Shown here: one piece after another, positions 13,828 to 26,625 of the stretch | How the letters are laid out: each line of letters opens with the position of its first letter | How positions within the stretch are numbered: the first letter of the stretch is position 1 | Assembly: GCA_032718475.1 (NCBI GenBank) | Contig: JAUCBJ010003722.1 | Location: 1-53,610, forward strand | Direction of reading: 5' to 3' | From: Nemertoderma westbladi | Lineage: Eukaryota > Animalia > Xenacoelomorpha | DNA: 53,610 nucleotides | The notes under the pieces: model-generated | Seen by the model: only the letters and a program-made list of their open reading frames with translations | Told to the model about the DNA's origin: nothing | Databases searched by the model: none | Position numbers and translations under genes: made by a program

Positions 13828-14440
13828 GGAAGGTCTTTAACAATCTTTATCACAGTTGAAGGCGATGTTAGTTTTGTGCATGCTGCGGCCAAAACAACAT
13901 TATGCATCTTTAAACTAAGAAATTCTACCTTAATGGGGCGTCTGCATTGTGAGAGGTTCCTCCCAAGATGAAAAGGCCCACTTACGATATTCAATGGATC
14001 AGTTATTTGAAGCAACATGACAATTAACTCGGTAGCGACGTCCTCAGTGGTTTCATTGGGAGATTCCTGAACTCCCATAATTAAAAAATTGCGACTAGCG
14101 ATCTCTTTTACAGACTTGACAATTTTGCTGGTGATGTAGGTCTGGAGGCCTAATGTATTTTCATTAATCTTTGACTTAACACCTCGGAAAGCCTCTCTTA
14201 CCTCGGCCATTCCTTCCTTTAATCTGTGGGATCATATATAGGTACCGGAAACTACCCCGTTAGCTGAGTTAGAAGAGGTCTGACATCACTAGATGAATAT
14301 ACTGGAACAGACTCGCCCTAACAGTACACCTGAGGGGGGTCATAGCTGATGACACCCGGACGTTTCTGGATTGCTGGATAGGACCATTATTGGATTCATT
14401 ATGGTGGGGTTGACTTCTGGTTTGGCTTCAGTACTCCTAC
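13828..14440 (-). mobile_element. Old LINE ORF1 (L1 ORF1/RRM-like), upstream part
   Basis: RNFLIMGVQE...HLGR...RPIKVEF...KDLP is characteristic of LINE ORF1 and joins in frame to the segment below 11941. Confidence 0.75.
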
Positions 14441-14443
14441 AGG

Positions 14444-14860
14444 CAGGGGCGTAGCGAGCCTTTCTGGCGCCCAGGGGAATGAAGCTGAGATCCCCCCCCC
14501 CCCCCCCCCCCCCATTCAATAATTTTAACTTTTAATTTATGGCGGTTTTTTAAATATTATATAACAGAATATAATATTTAAAAAAAAACATCTAAAAAAC
14601 AGTTTACTAACAGTATATAACTATATCAAATCTATTATACAGAAGTTTGATATAGTGAAATTATAATACTGTATATTGAAAGGCAACGAAGCAGAGAAAA
14701 TTTTTAAATTTTTCGCTTTATGACACATGTATACTGACTGTATCACAATCCCTGAATTTTCACTGATTTGTCTTATTTTTACAAGAATACCCGGGCATTT
14801 CAGCGCCCCCGGGTGAGTGCGCCCGGGGGAACATCCCCCCCCCCCCTCGCTACGCCTCTC
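14444..14860. mobile_element. hAT-type MITE
   Basis: TIRs CAGGGGCGTAGCGAG / CTCGCTACGCCTCTC. 8-bp TSD CCTACAGG at 14436-14443 and 14861-14868. Confidence 0.85.
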
Positions 14861-15340
14861 CCTACAGGTAGCAGTAGCGGGTACCAGGGGAAGAAGATAA
14901 TCAACCAGAATCCAGACGCCAACCAGAATCCCGCCACACACGTGTTCATATGTTAATTTGGTCTCTTCATACATAATTAACTATCAAAGGATATTTACAT
15001 AAATGCATACCGCTGTCGCTGACATCAAAAACTTTTAACTAAAACCCCATAGCGCCATCTCTTCTAATATCCACCTCTTCTACTACACATGTTATTGGTA
15101 CAGTACCCACAAGTATGTAAAGTTATCCGATATACACAGTAATCTGGCCTATTGTATTGTTTGTATTAAAGTTCTCTAAATGATATCTTATCTGCACTGC
15201 ATCAAACTAATGGCATACTTTGCAAATAATTCTTAATTCCTTTTTCAATTTTCTGTAATTTTATTATCAATTTCAAATTTTTTATCTAATTTATCATTTT
15301 TATAATCATTGATTATAAAAATAAAAAAATAAAAAAAAAT

Positions 15341-15780
15341 GTGGACTGGGGCTACCTCTTCCACCCGATAGCCTGCGAGAACTTGGGACGCCCCGGCCCT
15401 GAAACATCCGAGTTCCTGAAGGAGATCGGGGAAAGACTCCACTCGTTACCAAGGAACCCCGATCTCACCTCTTCCTCCTGCAAAGGCTGGCAATCGCCAT
15501 CCTGGTCGGCAATGCGGCCTCCATTATGGGGACCATGGACCCCTCACTCACTAATAACGAGGGACTTTACGAGGTGGTCAATGGTCCTTCGTACCCTACA
15601 CCCCCTACCCCTCCCACCCCCTACCCCCTCCCACCCCCTACCCCCCCCCCCCACCCCTCCCCCCTCCCCAATGAAACAGACTAACTTACACCCCCCCCCC
15701 CCCCCCAAGCTTTCTTCTTTTGTTACTATTGTTTTATTTGTGTTGTTTTAAAAGGCTTAAAATGTAATTATGCAGTTGTA
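15341..15780 (+). mobile_element. 3' end of CRE-like non-LTR retrotransposon (restriction-like endonuclease C-terminus and C-rich 3' UTR)
   Basis: FHPIACENLGRPGPETSEFLKEIGERL, then after a frameshift FLLQRLAIAILVGNAASIMGT, the typical CRE/RLE C-terminal motif. Confidence 0.75.
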
Positions 15781-16749
15781 ATAGTACGTTATATAAGTAA
15801 ACTTTAAAGATCATTGATAAATTTTACTTAATTTGGCCCTAATTTGTTAGTGTCCCTTGCATGTATTTCAAACATTTTGTATATTTCGGCAATTTTCATG
15901 GTGCACAAAACTCTCTTCTGGTCCTCAATGATTCCCAAGTGCCATTTGAATCAGTATTCTCTAAAATTCAAAAAATATTTAAGATTATTGATTATTACTA
16001 AGAATGAATTTTGTATCTTTTTAAAATTGATATCTAATTAAGATTTATGGGATATATAATTAAATAGGTAAAATTTAGGTAACATTTGCAGCCCAATATG
16101 AATACCATTCATTCAGTTTCACAAGATTAATTAATATTGCGCTGCGCAGAGTACAGTAAATTATATTTGATAAATTTGGCCATTATACAAATTTGGGGAC
16201 GATAATTTAAATGTAATTTTTCCTTGTTGTAAGTTTGAAGACAAATAAGTAAAATTGTTGGCAGTAAAAAATTTATAAACTTAACTGAATACGTTTACCA
16301 AAATATATAATAAATAATATTGATAATTTTAAAAGTGAAAAATCTATCTATTTTAAAAACAAGTTGATACGAAATATAACTTTAATTAAATTGGATGTGT
16401 TATCGAATCTTTGATTAAAACTTGACACAATATTCGGTGTTAAATTTCATAGCAGATAGCAAATCAATTATTACATATAATATTCAAACTGAAACAGAAG
16501 AAACGAGAAAGAAGAAAAGATGACAATTCCATATATTCAAGACACTGGAAACTCAACTCTTCCAATTACTCCACACAGGTAAGTCATCGGGAACATCCAT
16601 GCAATTTAATTATAATATGTTGGGATCGCATCTAAATCATTGAAGTTATATCAAAAAATATTATTTAGTTAATCCTGGAGAAAATGATAGCAACAATGCA
16701 TTCAAAACTACGGTGGCTGATTGCGGCCAATTATTCCCATTTTTAAATA

Positions 16750-16868
16750 TTTTTCACCCGGGTGAAAAACATTCATCAACCGGGTGAAAAAACCTTTATC
16801 ACCCGGGTGAAAAACATTTATCACCCGGGTGAAAAACATTTATCACCCGGGTGAAAAACATTTATCAT
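16750..16868 (+). repeat. 22-bp tandem array, about 5 copies (TTTATCACCCGGGTGAAAAACA)
   Basis: Directly visible; palindromic core TCACCCGGGTGA. Confidence 0.9.
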
Positions 16869-17492
16869 TTTTCCCATGTAATACGTAATTTTATTCTTAA
16901 ATTGGCACTTTTTTGTTGCTTAATTTTTTATTAAAACGTACAGCGATATAGTGTTACAAAATAAATTGAACGGCGAACGGTGATAGTTACGGCGATTCAT
17001 ATTATTGTACTCTTCAACTCCTGATGCTGCCTTACTCAATGTTAAAGTAATTTAGTGTTCTCGAATATTTATTACGTAACTAGAGAGCCGCTTAACAACA
17101 TAAACCATATTGGATATGGATTTCCGTTTTGGAGAACGCCACGCAGAGACTAAAGTTGTAATAACTTTTGAGTGTGTGAATGGCTTTTGCTCAAATTACT
17201 TGTAAACCTTTTTTTCTACCACGATGCTCTTTCAATATATGTAATATTTAAGAAATTCCACCAAAAATATTTTGCTTTACTTTTTCGCCGGGAAAAAAGT
17301 AAAATCAATGCAATCAAGAATAAATATTTATATTTTTAACTATTGACTTTCGTTTATTGTTTTGGTTAGAATAACATGCCACTGTAACCTGATCATTTCC
17401 CTTAATTGATCGAAATATTAATTCGCCAAGAGTGAATCTGGATCAAAATGAACTTTCGATATTATTTATAAGGAAACTAACTACTCTGAAAC

Positions 17493-17719
17493 ATGTTTTT
17501 TACCCGGGTGATAAATGTTTTTCACCCGGGTGATAAATGTTTTTCACCCGGGTGATAAATGGTTTTCACCCGGGTGATAAATGTTTTTCACCCGGGTGAT
17601 AAATGTTTTTCACCCGGGTGATAAATGTTTTTCACCCGGGTGATAAATGTTTTTTACCCGGGTGATAAATGGTTTTCACCCGGGTGATAAATGTTTTTCA
17701 CTCGGGTGATAAATGTTTT
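17493..17719 (-). repeat. The same 22-bp array in inverted orientation, about 10 copies
   Basis: Unit TGTTTTTCACCCGGGTGATAAA is the reverse complement of the 16750-16868 unit. Confidence 0.92.
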
Positions 17720-19728
17720 AACAATTGCCACCCGGACAATTTAATGGCTTCAGTGCGGTAACATTTTATTTTTATTGTAATTAAATACTTAATTTAGAAA
17801 ATATATCGAAATTATTGAGCACAAAAATACGCAAACATGGATGTTTTATTAAATATAGTGTGAGGTTTTCTTTCATACAGTACTGGGTCCATGTGAATAA
17901 CGAAATATATTTATGATTTTATTTAGTTATGATTATTAACTGTTTCATAAAAGGCCACGCAATAAATATACATATGCAATTACAATACAATTATAAATTG
18001 TATATCGGTCGGGTAGCAAGTATCAATGTTATGTTACAGATGTTTTGGGGCAAACTGCAGCAATAACAACTTACAGGATGAACACATGGCTCCATTTGAG
18101 ATCCCATGTAAGTAATATACATTCATAGTTAATAGATATGGGTGTGGGTGTGGGTCAAACTAAACGAAATTAAAATATTTAACAAAATCTAGAATTAACC
18201 TACATAGCTAATCCAAAAATTTATCAAGTAACTACTAGACTACTCTTGTATTCTAATAGTCAATCAGTTATTTGAAATTGATTTATCACATTTTTGATAA
18301 AGGAATGATACAAATATCAGTTGCTTTACTTGTAAACTAATTTGCCACATATCATGGGGCCTTTCTTACTGAACATTTACGCTGCACTTATCAATCATTA
18401 CCTTCATTGCGAATGCTGTTATCATGCTTACTTACATTCTGAAGAGTAGGCAGAAAAGCACAGCCCCTTTGTACTTGGGCTAATTGCGTATTCTGTGTTG
18501 AAGACGGTGATACTCGTATAATTATTGTGGTTGTCCCGGCTATAATAGGTGCCTATCAGGGGGACAACACAACTGAGTATTTTGTAGATAATAGTCGATG
18601 GACTGATCGCAGTGTAGATTACAGTAGGTAGGTGATCTGACACTATTTGCAAAGAGTATTGGCCTTCTAGAGGATTGTTATACATTTACAAATGTATGTA
18701 CCTATATATTCTTATTAACATTAAATTTTAAACACAGAACAAATGCAAACACAAAACACATAAGAGTGGTCGATGTGACAGGAGTCAGTTGGCTGGATTT
18801 CCGCCCGTCACTGTTACACGGCTTGAATGTTACGCGTTTGCCTGGCGGCTATCTCGGTGACTCGTGACTATTTATAGAGACTGTATGGCCGTAGGCCCGG
18901 TGAATAAGAGTTTATGGCAGTTTAACCTTGCTGATATATGATCTTTATTGCTCTGATGGTATATGAATTGATACGCCCCCTCCTATTGGACGTCCTATGA
19001 TCACGCCAAACAGTGGCTCTTTCCTCGGGCTCTGTTGGCCTCTGGTGTGCTGTAACTGAACTACATAGTTAACTTACTAGATTGATCTTTCTCATAGCCA
19101 ATATTGGTAAATTGGCTCCCTATCCTACTTTGTGATGGAGCACATAACGGATGGAATCCGCTAACAGTCGAATTAAACAAATTTTCTTTGAGGTCTGTTA
19201 GCTGGAGGTAAATGCAACGCCCAAACTTATGTCCTTCTCAAGTATAAGGCACCATCAAGTCCACCAACCAGACACTATATATCATTGGAGGTGTCCAATT
19301 CTTTCCCCCAAGCTTTACATTTGAACAGAGCCGCCTCCACTTTGCAGGACATTGTTTTTGCCGTGAGGACCAGTCTGTGCATAATCTTGTGCTTTGGCAG
19401 CCCCATCATGGAGAAAATGGTGGACAGCCCATGTCTTTCTTGGCGGCATGTCTTTGTTTAAAGGATACTGGCCTTGAAGACGCGGATAATCTGTGTCAGT
19501 CATGGGGGGTGGCAACTTTGTTGATAAGCCAGCATAGCATTCTTAATACACGCTGCACGCCAATTGTGGATTGCATTACATGGTGGTGGTAACAATATTT
19601 TCGTTAAGTCAGTATATCATCTAAATGTGCAGCTTCAATGCAGCATGCCGATTATAGTAAAAGTAGTAGGTTACAGAGGCGGGTACTGGCTCACCTGGTA
19701 CATGTATGCGTATGTGTAGCGTTCACAA

Positions 19729-19958
19729 GCAAGCAAACAGTCGGCCCGGTCCGGAGGCAACCCGAAGGCTCCTCTTTCGATAGCTGCTACCCGAGGGTAG
19801 GGGTGGGCGCTACTCCTATCCCAAGATTTGCTCCCAGTTATTTAACTGGAACTCATTTTATCGTCCCCAGTGGATTAAAGGCTGAGTTGACCCCGACGTG
19901 GTTGAACCTACAACCAATAGATTGCAGGCCCAGTGCTCTACAACTGAGTTACCTCGCA
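19729..19958 (-). mobile_element. tRNA-derived SINE (family A, copy 2)
   Basis: Homologous to 1152-1385. Minus-strand GGTAACTCAGTTG (A box) and GGTTCAACC (B box). TTCACAA direct repeat at 19722-19728 and 19959-19965. Confidence 0.8.
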
Positions 19959-22900
19959 TTCACAAAAGCACTACTTTAATCATATGATGGGAATTAATTG
20001 AAATGATAGTTGATCATGAATAAAGTGGCTGCTTCAAAAAGTTGCCATTTCTGGATTTGTACAAATAAATTTCAAAAAATTTTTTATCGATTAATTAGAC
20101 GTTTTTTTTTCTGAATAAGTCGTTTTTTAAGGCGCTTTTTTTAATTACCAGTTGGCGTTTTTTTTTCTGAGTTTAAGTAATTTTTTTCTGAATTGGGCGT
20201 TATTTTTTATTGATTACAATATACCTCTCAAAAACGTCGAAAACCAAAAACCGAAGCGCGTCTTGAGCGCGTCGTGGACTCCAAAGCGCGTCTTGAGCGG
20301 GTCCAGCCATAGAGATTGTACAGTTAAATATACAGTAATACAGTATACTGTAAATCCGGATGGATTTAGCTGAAACAACATTTTGCGAGTTTATTTTAAA
20401 TATATAAATCTACAAATAAACATAACGCTATAATAATCAACTAAAAACATCCTTGGTATTTCTATCATTATTACTGATTGATATAATAGAACGCACCACT
20501 TAGTCCCCAGAGCGACAGCGGTCCTTATCGGTGATCCTAGTTGACGACATTTGCGCCTAACCGCGACTGAGTTATCACGAATTTGGGCACCTAAACCCAC
20601 CTCCCCGCCACCCCATGCTGATTCATATCTCCCCTGTAGAGGATGACAAAGAATCATGATTGTATGAGAGCTTTTGATCTTTAAAGTACTTTTATGGATA
20701 TCAGGAATATCTAGTGATGTAAGCTAATGCGCATATCATAAATTAATTTGAAACTTAGTGAAAATGACTATAAATAGTAATTTGTGTTGGGCTGACTGAG
20801 GCACTGCACTGCACTGTACCATACACGCAGCATGTGTTTCAATAATTAGAGAAGTAGCGCGTTCTTATTTATTAGTTGCATTTATAATATTTTTACTTTT
20901 GTGAAAAGTTTCATTCATTTGACAGTTACATGCAGACATATACTAGCCGTATATTGGGACCGGTACGCCTAATACAGTAACGACAGTAATATCCGCATGG
21001 CATGCAGTACCTGTACATATCTTACACATTAGTTTTTAATGCAGGTGTTCCCAAGTTCACTTAAACAGCTGTATATCAAATCATATGATTCTAAGCCTAA
21101 CGTTATACGTAGTTCATTATATAGGATATCCACAAAAAGAGAATAAAATCATCTCGACCAAAGAGCATTACAATAGACATAGGAACAGAAACTATTAAAA
21201 GAACAGATTTCACTACAGGGGAGGAATCATTAATGATAATTACAGAATTTCGAGAATCATTAATGAGAATGAGCATATTTTTCACAGCTGTAAAACTTAC
21301 TTAGTTGAGCAGCCATATCGGCGTCATCATCAAAATGTGAAGTAAATCAAGTTAATTAAGTATTCAAAAGAATCCACTATTTCCAGAGACTTATCGTATT
21401 AGAGTATATAGTAGGAAAAAAGCGGCCTCCACTTTATATAGATAAAAATACACTTGGACACATCTATTAACAGCACAGAATTAAATATCAGATTTTTACT
21501 GGAAAAGTGTGTTAACTCTACGGCGTCTTCTTATTCGTAAAAAAGTAAAAACAATTCTACCAATTATTGTAGATGAGGAAACCATTCACAACTACAGACA
21601 AACATCATTAGTCTACTATTACCTATAGCAATACCTTGTAATAACAACTTTCTAATAACAATTTCAATGCATTTATAATCAATTACCCACCGTATATAAC
21701 AACTCGTTATACCGCGTATATATATGAAAAGGATTAAAGAGATAAAATAGAATATATTGCCTCAATATTCGTATCTTAATGCACAGGTACAAAACATTAC
21801 AGGTACAAAATATAATACATTTAATAATGATATCTTAAAACACTCTTTTCTAAATAAAGCATTCTACAATCCTTGGTAACAATAGCCCCAAGTGAGTGTA
21901 ATCAGAAGTTTATCCTGTTAATCACCATAAATTTGGTCTCTGTTTCTTTTTTTTTCATTTATTCGCATCACATAATTGTCACAAAATTAAATTAAATGTC
22001 ACTAAATAATAATTAATATTCTAGAATCATCACTAATAATCTAATATTCTAGAATCTCATCATTCCTCTGTCAGGTGGTGGTAAATTAATATAATTAACC
22101 TTTTAAGACATTTTTCATGCAGTGTCATGTGGAATGAAATTATAATGGTAAATGAGAGGTGGGTTGATGTAATTCAACTAAATAAATATATATAAAGAAA
22201 GATGAAATGGGGCCAATAGCGATCGATATATGTAATAATTTTTTTTTACTTTAATAAAATTATATCAGTAGAATATAGCAACTACAATTACAAATGAGAA
22301 AACAAGTAATATTTTGTAAATATTATTAGGTACATGTCATTAATGTCCAATAGACTATCCCGAATTCTAATCTTCAATATTAGATGAGTCCCATAATGGC
22401 AAGAGCGTGAAGCTATCCACCCCAAATCCCGGTCCCGTCTCCGAATCCGAGACCTCGCCAAGACCGCCGACCAGACCCCCGCGGTGGCAGAGCGGATATT
22501 CAACATTTGAATTGATATTAATAACTAATCATAAAGACAAATGTACATTAGAGTGTAGATGGTTATTACAGTATAATATGCTCCGCATAATTGGCTCACT
22601 CATATTATAGGCCTATTACCGATGGGATAATTCAAGCTGACACTATCCTGTTAAAGTAACAACATGATAAATCCATATTTTTTTTCTACTAATTTGTAAC
22701 CCACTAGAAACGTGGTGAAATCATATTAATGGTTACAAAGCTTATAGAGCCGGATATGTGATTTAAAAGTGGGATAAACAAGCGTATAATTTCCGACTTT
22801 GTAGTAAATCAAAGAGGAACCTGGTAGTTCACCGCAGGTTTTAATGACCTTAGCCTTTAAGGCACATCTTCATCATAATGTCATCTAAATTTTCATTTTA

Positions 22901-23012
22901 TTTTCTTTTCTCCCATCCCATTACATGCATCATTACATACTCAATGCATACATACTTAACGTAATTCACTATTTTTAGTAGGTCAATCCAAATTACCTAT
23001 TTCTCTATTTTT

Positions 23013-23453
23013 AACTAGAAAGCCAGCAAGCTGGCTTTAAACGAACCTGCCCCTCAAACCAGTATCCTGAGTGAGCGAAAATGAAAACACGATAATTGCC
23101 ATGAACTCAACAATATAAACACCAGCTGCTGGTACTCATGAGGGCCTAGTAAGCTACTACTATTTATTGAATGGATAGCCCAAACTGCACAGAAGTATAT
23201 TACTTGCCAAATTTATTACTCTCTCACTCTATCCCAGATAGTGCGCAAATATCAACTTGTCAGTTTGTACCGGTAATGTATTACCCCGCCAGCTGAATAG
23301 ATCTTCCCAGTGAATCCTATGGGAATATCATTGTATGCACTGGGCCGTTCAAATGTTTTATAGGTTGATGATAATGAATGAGGAGGGACCCAACTAACAC
23401 TACGTTTGTCTATGGACGCTCTCCTTATAGCCAGTTTGCTGGCTTTTCTAGTT
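23013..23453. mobile_element. MITE with about 25-bp terminal inverted repeats
   Basis: AACTAGAAAGCCAGCAAGCTGGCT ... AGCCAGTTTGCTGGCTTTTCTAGTT. Confidence 0.7.
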
Positions 23454-24639
23454 GAATCATATTATTCTGCAACCAATAATTTACTCTTTTAGACGAATTA
23501 GTGCGTTTTTTTGCCGGAATAACAAATTTTGGCGACGTTCTGTGCGAGATTGGCGATATTTGAAAAGATTCTGAGGCTCAAATATGTTGCTCAGATGACT
23601 GAATAGCCCGAATAAAAAAGTTGGTGCATACTCGACGAGTTGAAATCGGTGAAATTCGACTTTAAATTTTCAAAACCGCTATTTTTTAGTGACCCGTGAT
23701 CGAAACGCCACAAAAAATATACAGTCTTGTGCGCAACCAAAATTTATGTAGAGTTTGTTATTAAAATTTTTGCGTACCTGCTTGAGTTTTTGAGATATTG
23801 GATGGTTATACATATATACACACACACACAACCACATTCTGTTTTGGAACGGCTCAACTCTTGACAAGAACTACCCTGGCCTATTAATAGGCAGGTTCGT
23901 TATAACCAACTACTTTCTTATATTTACAAGTTTTGCAATATTTTCAATTGGGCTTCTGCCCTAACTTCCCACACTTGCTATCTGTTGTATAAAATATCCA
24001 CATATACTAAGACAAGAAAATATATACCTACTATCTACTTCCATATAAAAAAGGCATTCGACACTAATCTATAAGCTCGACTCCTATGGGATCAGGGTAA
24101 TCCGTCAACAACTACACTTAAGCTTTCTAAATTCTAGAACCCAATTTGTCTCTATCCGTAACAGCCAGTTCTAGTTTATCTATTAACTGTGGTGTTGTCA
24201 CACAAGTACCGATAACTCGCCAATCATATTTCCATATTCATATTTCTGAATATTAACGACATCTATAATGCCACCCCTTCACTGATTTCTACCTGGTGTA
24301 ACAAAATACATTATACTCCTCCTACAGCCAAAACTATAAAGTATAATAAAACAAATTATACCTTATCTGAAAACTTATTATAATACAATTTTAATGTACT
24401 ATTACAATTGTGTGACCTCAGGTGTGTGCGCACACATTTGATAAGACCGCAGCCTAAATGTTCAATATACGCACAAAAATTTTGGATTCTCATTTCCTCT
24501 AGTGCTGTCGCAACCTTTTTCAGCTGAATTTCGAATTGTAAAGGCTGATGGTACTTTAGTTCCTCGGCAACCTATTGTTTGGTAGTACAGGATGCACTGC
24601 ACACACCTGCATCTCGGGCAATGCAAAACGCAATTGCAA

Positions 24640-26085
24640 AGTGTTTCGTTGTTTGCAGATAACGATTTGAACTGCAGGGTGGTTGCTGAAGACTTGACGA
24701 GCCATGTCTTTGAACTCAAGGCCACCACGAGGTAACATTTTGATGGCTTGGGACGGCACCCCTAGGATGGGCAGACTGCAATAGCTCCTCAATCCATTAC
24801 AATAGCTCCTCAATCCATTACAATAGCTCCTCAATCCATTACAATAGCTCCTCAATCCATTACAATAGCTCCTCAATCCATTACAATAGCTCCTCAATCC
24901 ATTACAATAGCTCCTCAATCCATTATAATAGCTCCTCAATCCATTACAATAGCTCCTCAATCCATTACAATAGCTCCTCAATCCATTACAATAGCTCCTC
25001 AATCCATTACAATAGCTCCTCAATCCATTGCAATAGCTCCTCAATCCATTGCAATAGCTCCTCAATCCATTACAATAGCTCCTCAATCCATTACAATAGC
25101 TCCTCAATCCATTACAATAGCTCCTCAATCCATTACAATAGCGCCTCAATCCATTACAATAGCTCCTCAATCCATTACAATAGCTCCTCAATCCATTACA
25201 ATAGCTCCTCAATCCATTACAATAGCTCCTCAATCCATTACAATAGCTCCTCAATCCATTACAATAGCTCCTCAATTCATTACAATAGCTCCTCAATCCA
25301 TCCCAGCAGGTATATTCGTTTTCCTGCAACTGAGGTGTCATCAATATACGAAGACTCTCTAATATTAGGCGACCGAAAACTGCATCTGCACTGAAGATAA
25401 TAGCATCGGTTCCTTCATTATGAGGATTCCATGGCCCCGATGACTATTGAACTAGAATGTGGAACAACATGGCCATAGGCAGCGCGCATTCCTCAGTGCA
25501 GAAACCCGATTCAGTGAGTTAATAGCATTTGCAACATCTACCAATAATACCTACCATCCTGAGTCACGGTTGTCGTCGAAAAGGATTGTCATAAAGTGGA
25601 TGGCTGCCTCAACAACCCCAGTTGAGTGCTGGTGACGTCATCTCCTATAATCTTAGCCATGGTATGGGCCATAATCCTCCTGAGGCACTCACATATTCCA
25701 ATGGGCCATACACCTGGGCACTTGTCAAGTGCAATAAGCGGGCCAGACATTAACGCCCGCACAGAATCCCATAGGACAACAATGATAGCAAGGATGTCTG
25801 TTACCAGCCACTGCATCTCTGAGGCACTCGCTATTACACCATAACGGAGCAGGTAGTCCTGCCAACGTGTGGAATCACTGCCAGAGGGGCCACAGACTCC
25901 ATGTAGTCTATGGGCCACAGATTCAATGTGTGCTGCTGTTACATCTACATCAACTTTGAGCTCGTCAAAATGAAGTAGGGAATCTGAATTTGGGGAAACT
26001 GCCACTGTGTTCTTCTCCAAAAGGATATCTAATACTTTAACTCTGTGCTGACCAACTTCTATTACAGATTCAGTGACCACTGTCC
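24640..26085 (-). mobile_element. Decayed CRE-like non-LTR retrotransposon RT
   Basis: Minus strand reads GPSGSD..W, LIALDKCPGVWPIGICECLRRI, LLVDVANAINSLN, YIDDTSVAGK...GWIEELL, then after the repeat KPSKCYLVV and EFKDMARQVF. Confidence 0.8.
24778..25301. repeat. 21-bp minisatellite, about 25 copies (CAATAGCTCCTCAATCCATTA)
   Basis: Directly visible and highly homogeneous. It produces the spurious (GLRSYCN)n ORF. Confidence 0.97.
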
Positions 26086-26625
26086 AGTAGGGGTGGCTAA
26101 AAAAAACTTTTTTTGAATTTTGATTTCTAATACTGATAAAAAGTTGTCCCATCAAAAAATAAAACATACGTATCTCATTATTTTTTAATTAGATGGCCTC
26201 TTTAGGTTCCCCCAGACCATTTTATTCTCCAATTTTTTTGAAAAATAGCTTTACAAAAATGAAAAAAATTAACAATTTATCATTATAGTGTATTTAAAAA
26301 ATTTGTAGAAAGGAGCATATCTGAGTATTAAGGATTAATATGAAGCCCCCCCCCCCCCATTGAGGTGTTGTGTTTAGTATACCGTAATACCTGCTAAACT
26401 GAAACATTTTAAAGTTCGCATTGTCATGCAGAATGTACCGGCAGAGGAGACCTGTAGTGCTGCTGCCAGACTGTTATTGTATGACTCAGAGTCAGTCAGT
26501 CAGTGACTGTAAATAAATACTGCAGTATGCTTGCAGTAGCTCCGATGGAGCCCTAGTTGATACTGATTTAGTTCGTATTTGTTTATTTTGTTGGCTGGAC
26601 TCGACTACTACACTACTACAGAATA

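Noticed and set aside
16750-17719. CRISPR-like palindromic repeat arrays
   Set aside because: Units are head-to-tail with no unique spacers, there are no cas genes, and the context is eukaryotic. The same applies to the 21-, 39-, 47- and 72-bp arrays.
18676-19066. Solo LTR (TGT...ACA with a TATA-like motif on the minus strand)
   Set aside because: No matching TSD, PBS, PPT or second LTR.
19200-19600. RLE-type retrotransposon endonuclease remnant (WLVDLMVPY on the minus strand)
   Set aside because: A single weak motif in decayed sequence.
24556-25344. 262-aa Cys-rich (GLRSYCN)n ORF as a real protein
   Set aside because: It is an off-frame reading of a minisatellite inside a dead RT.
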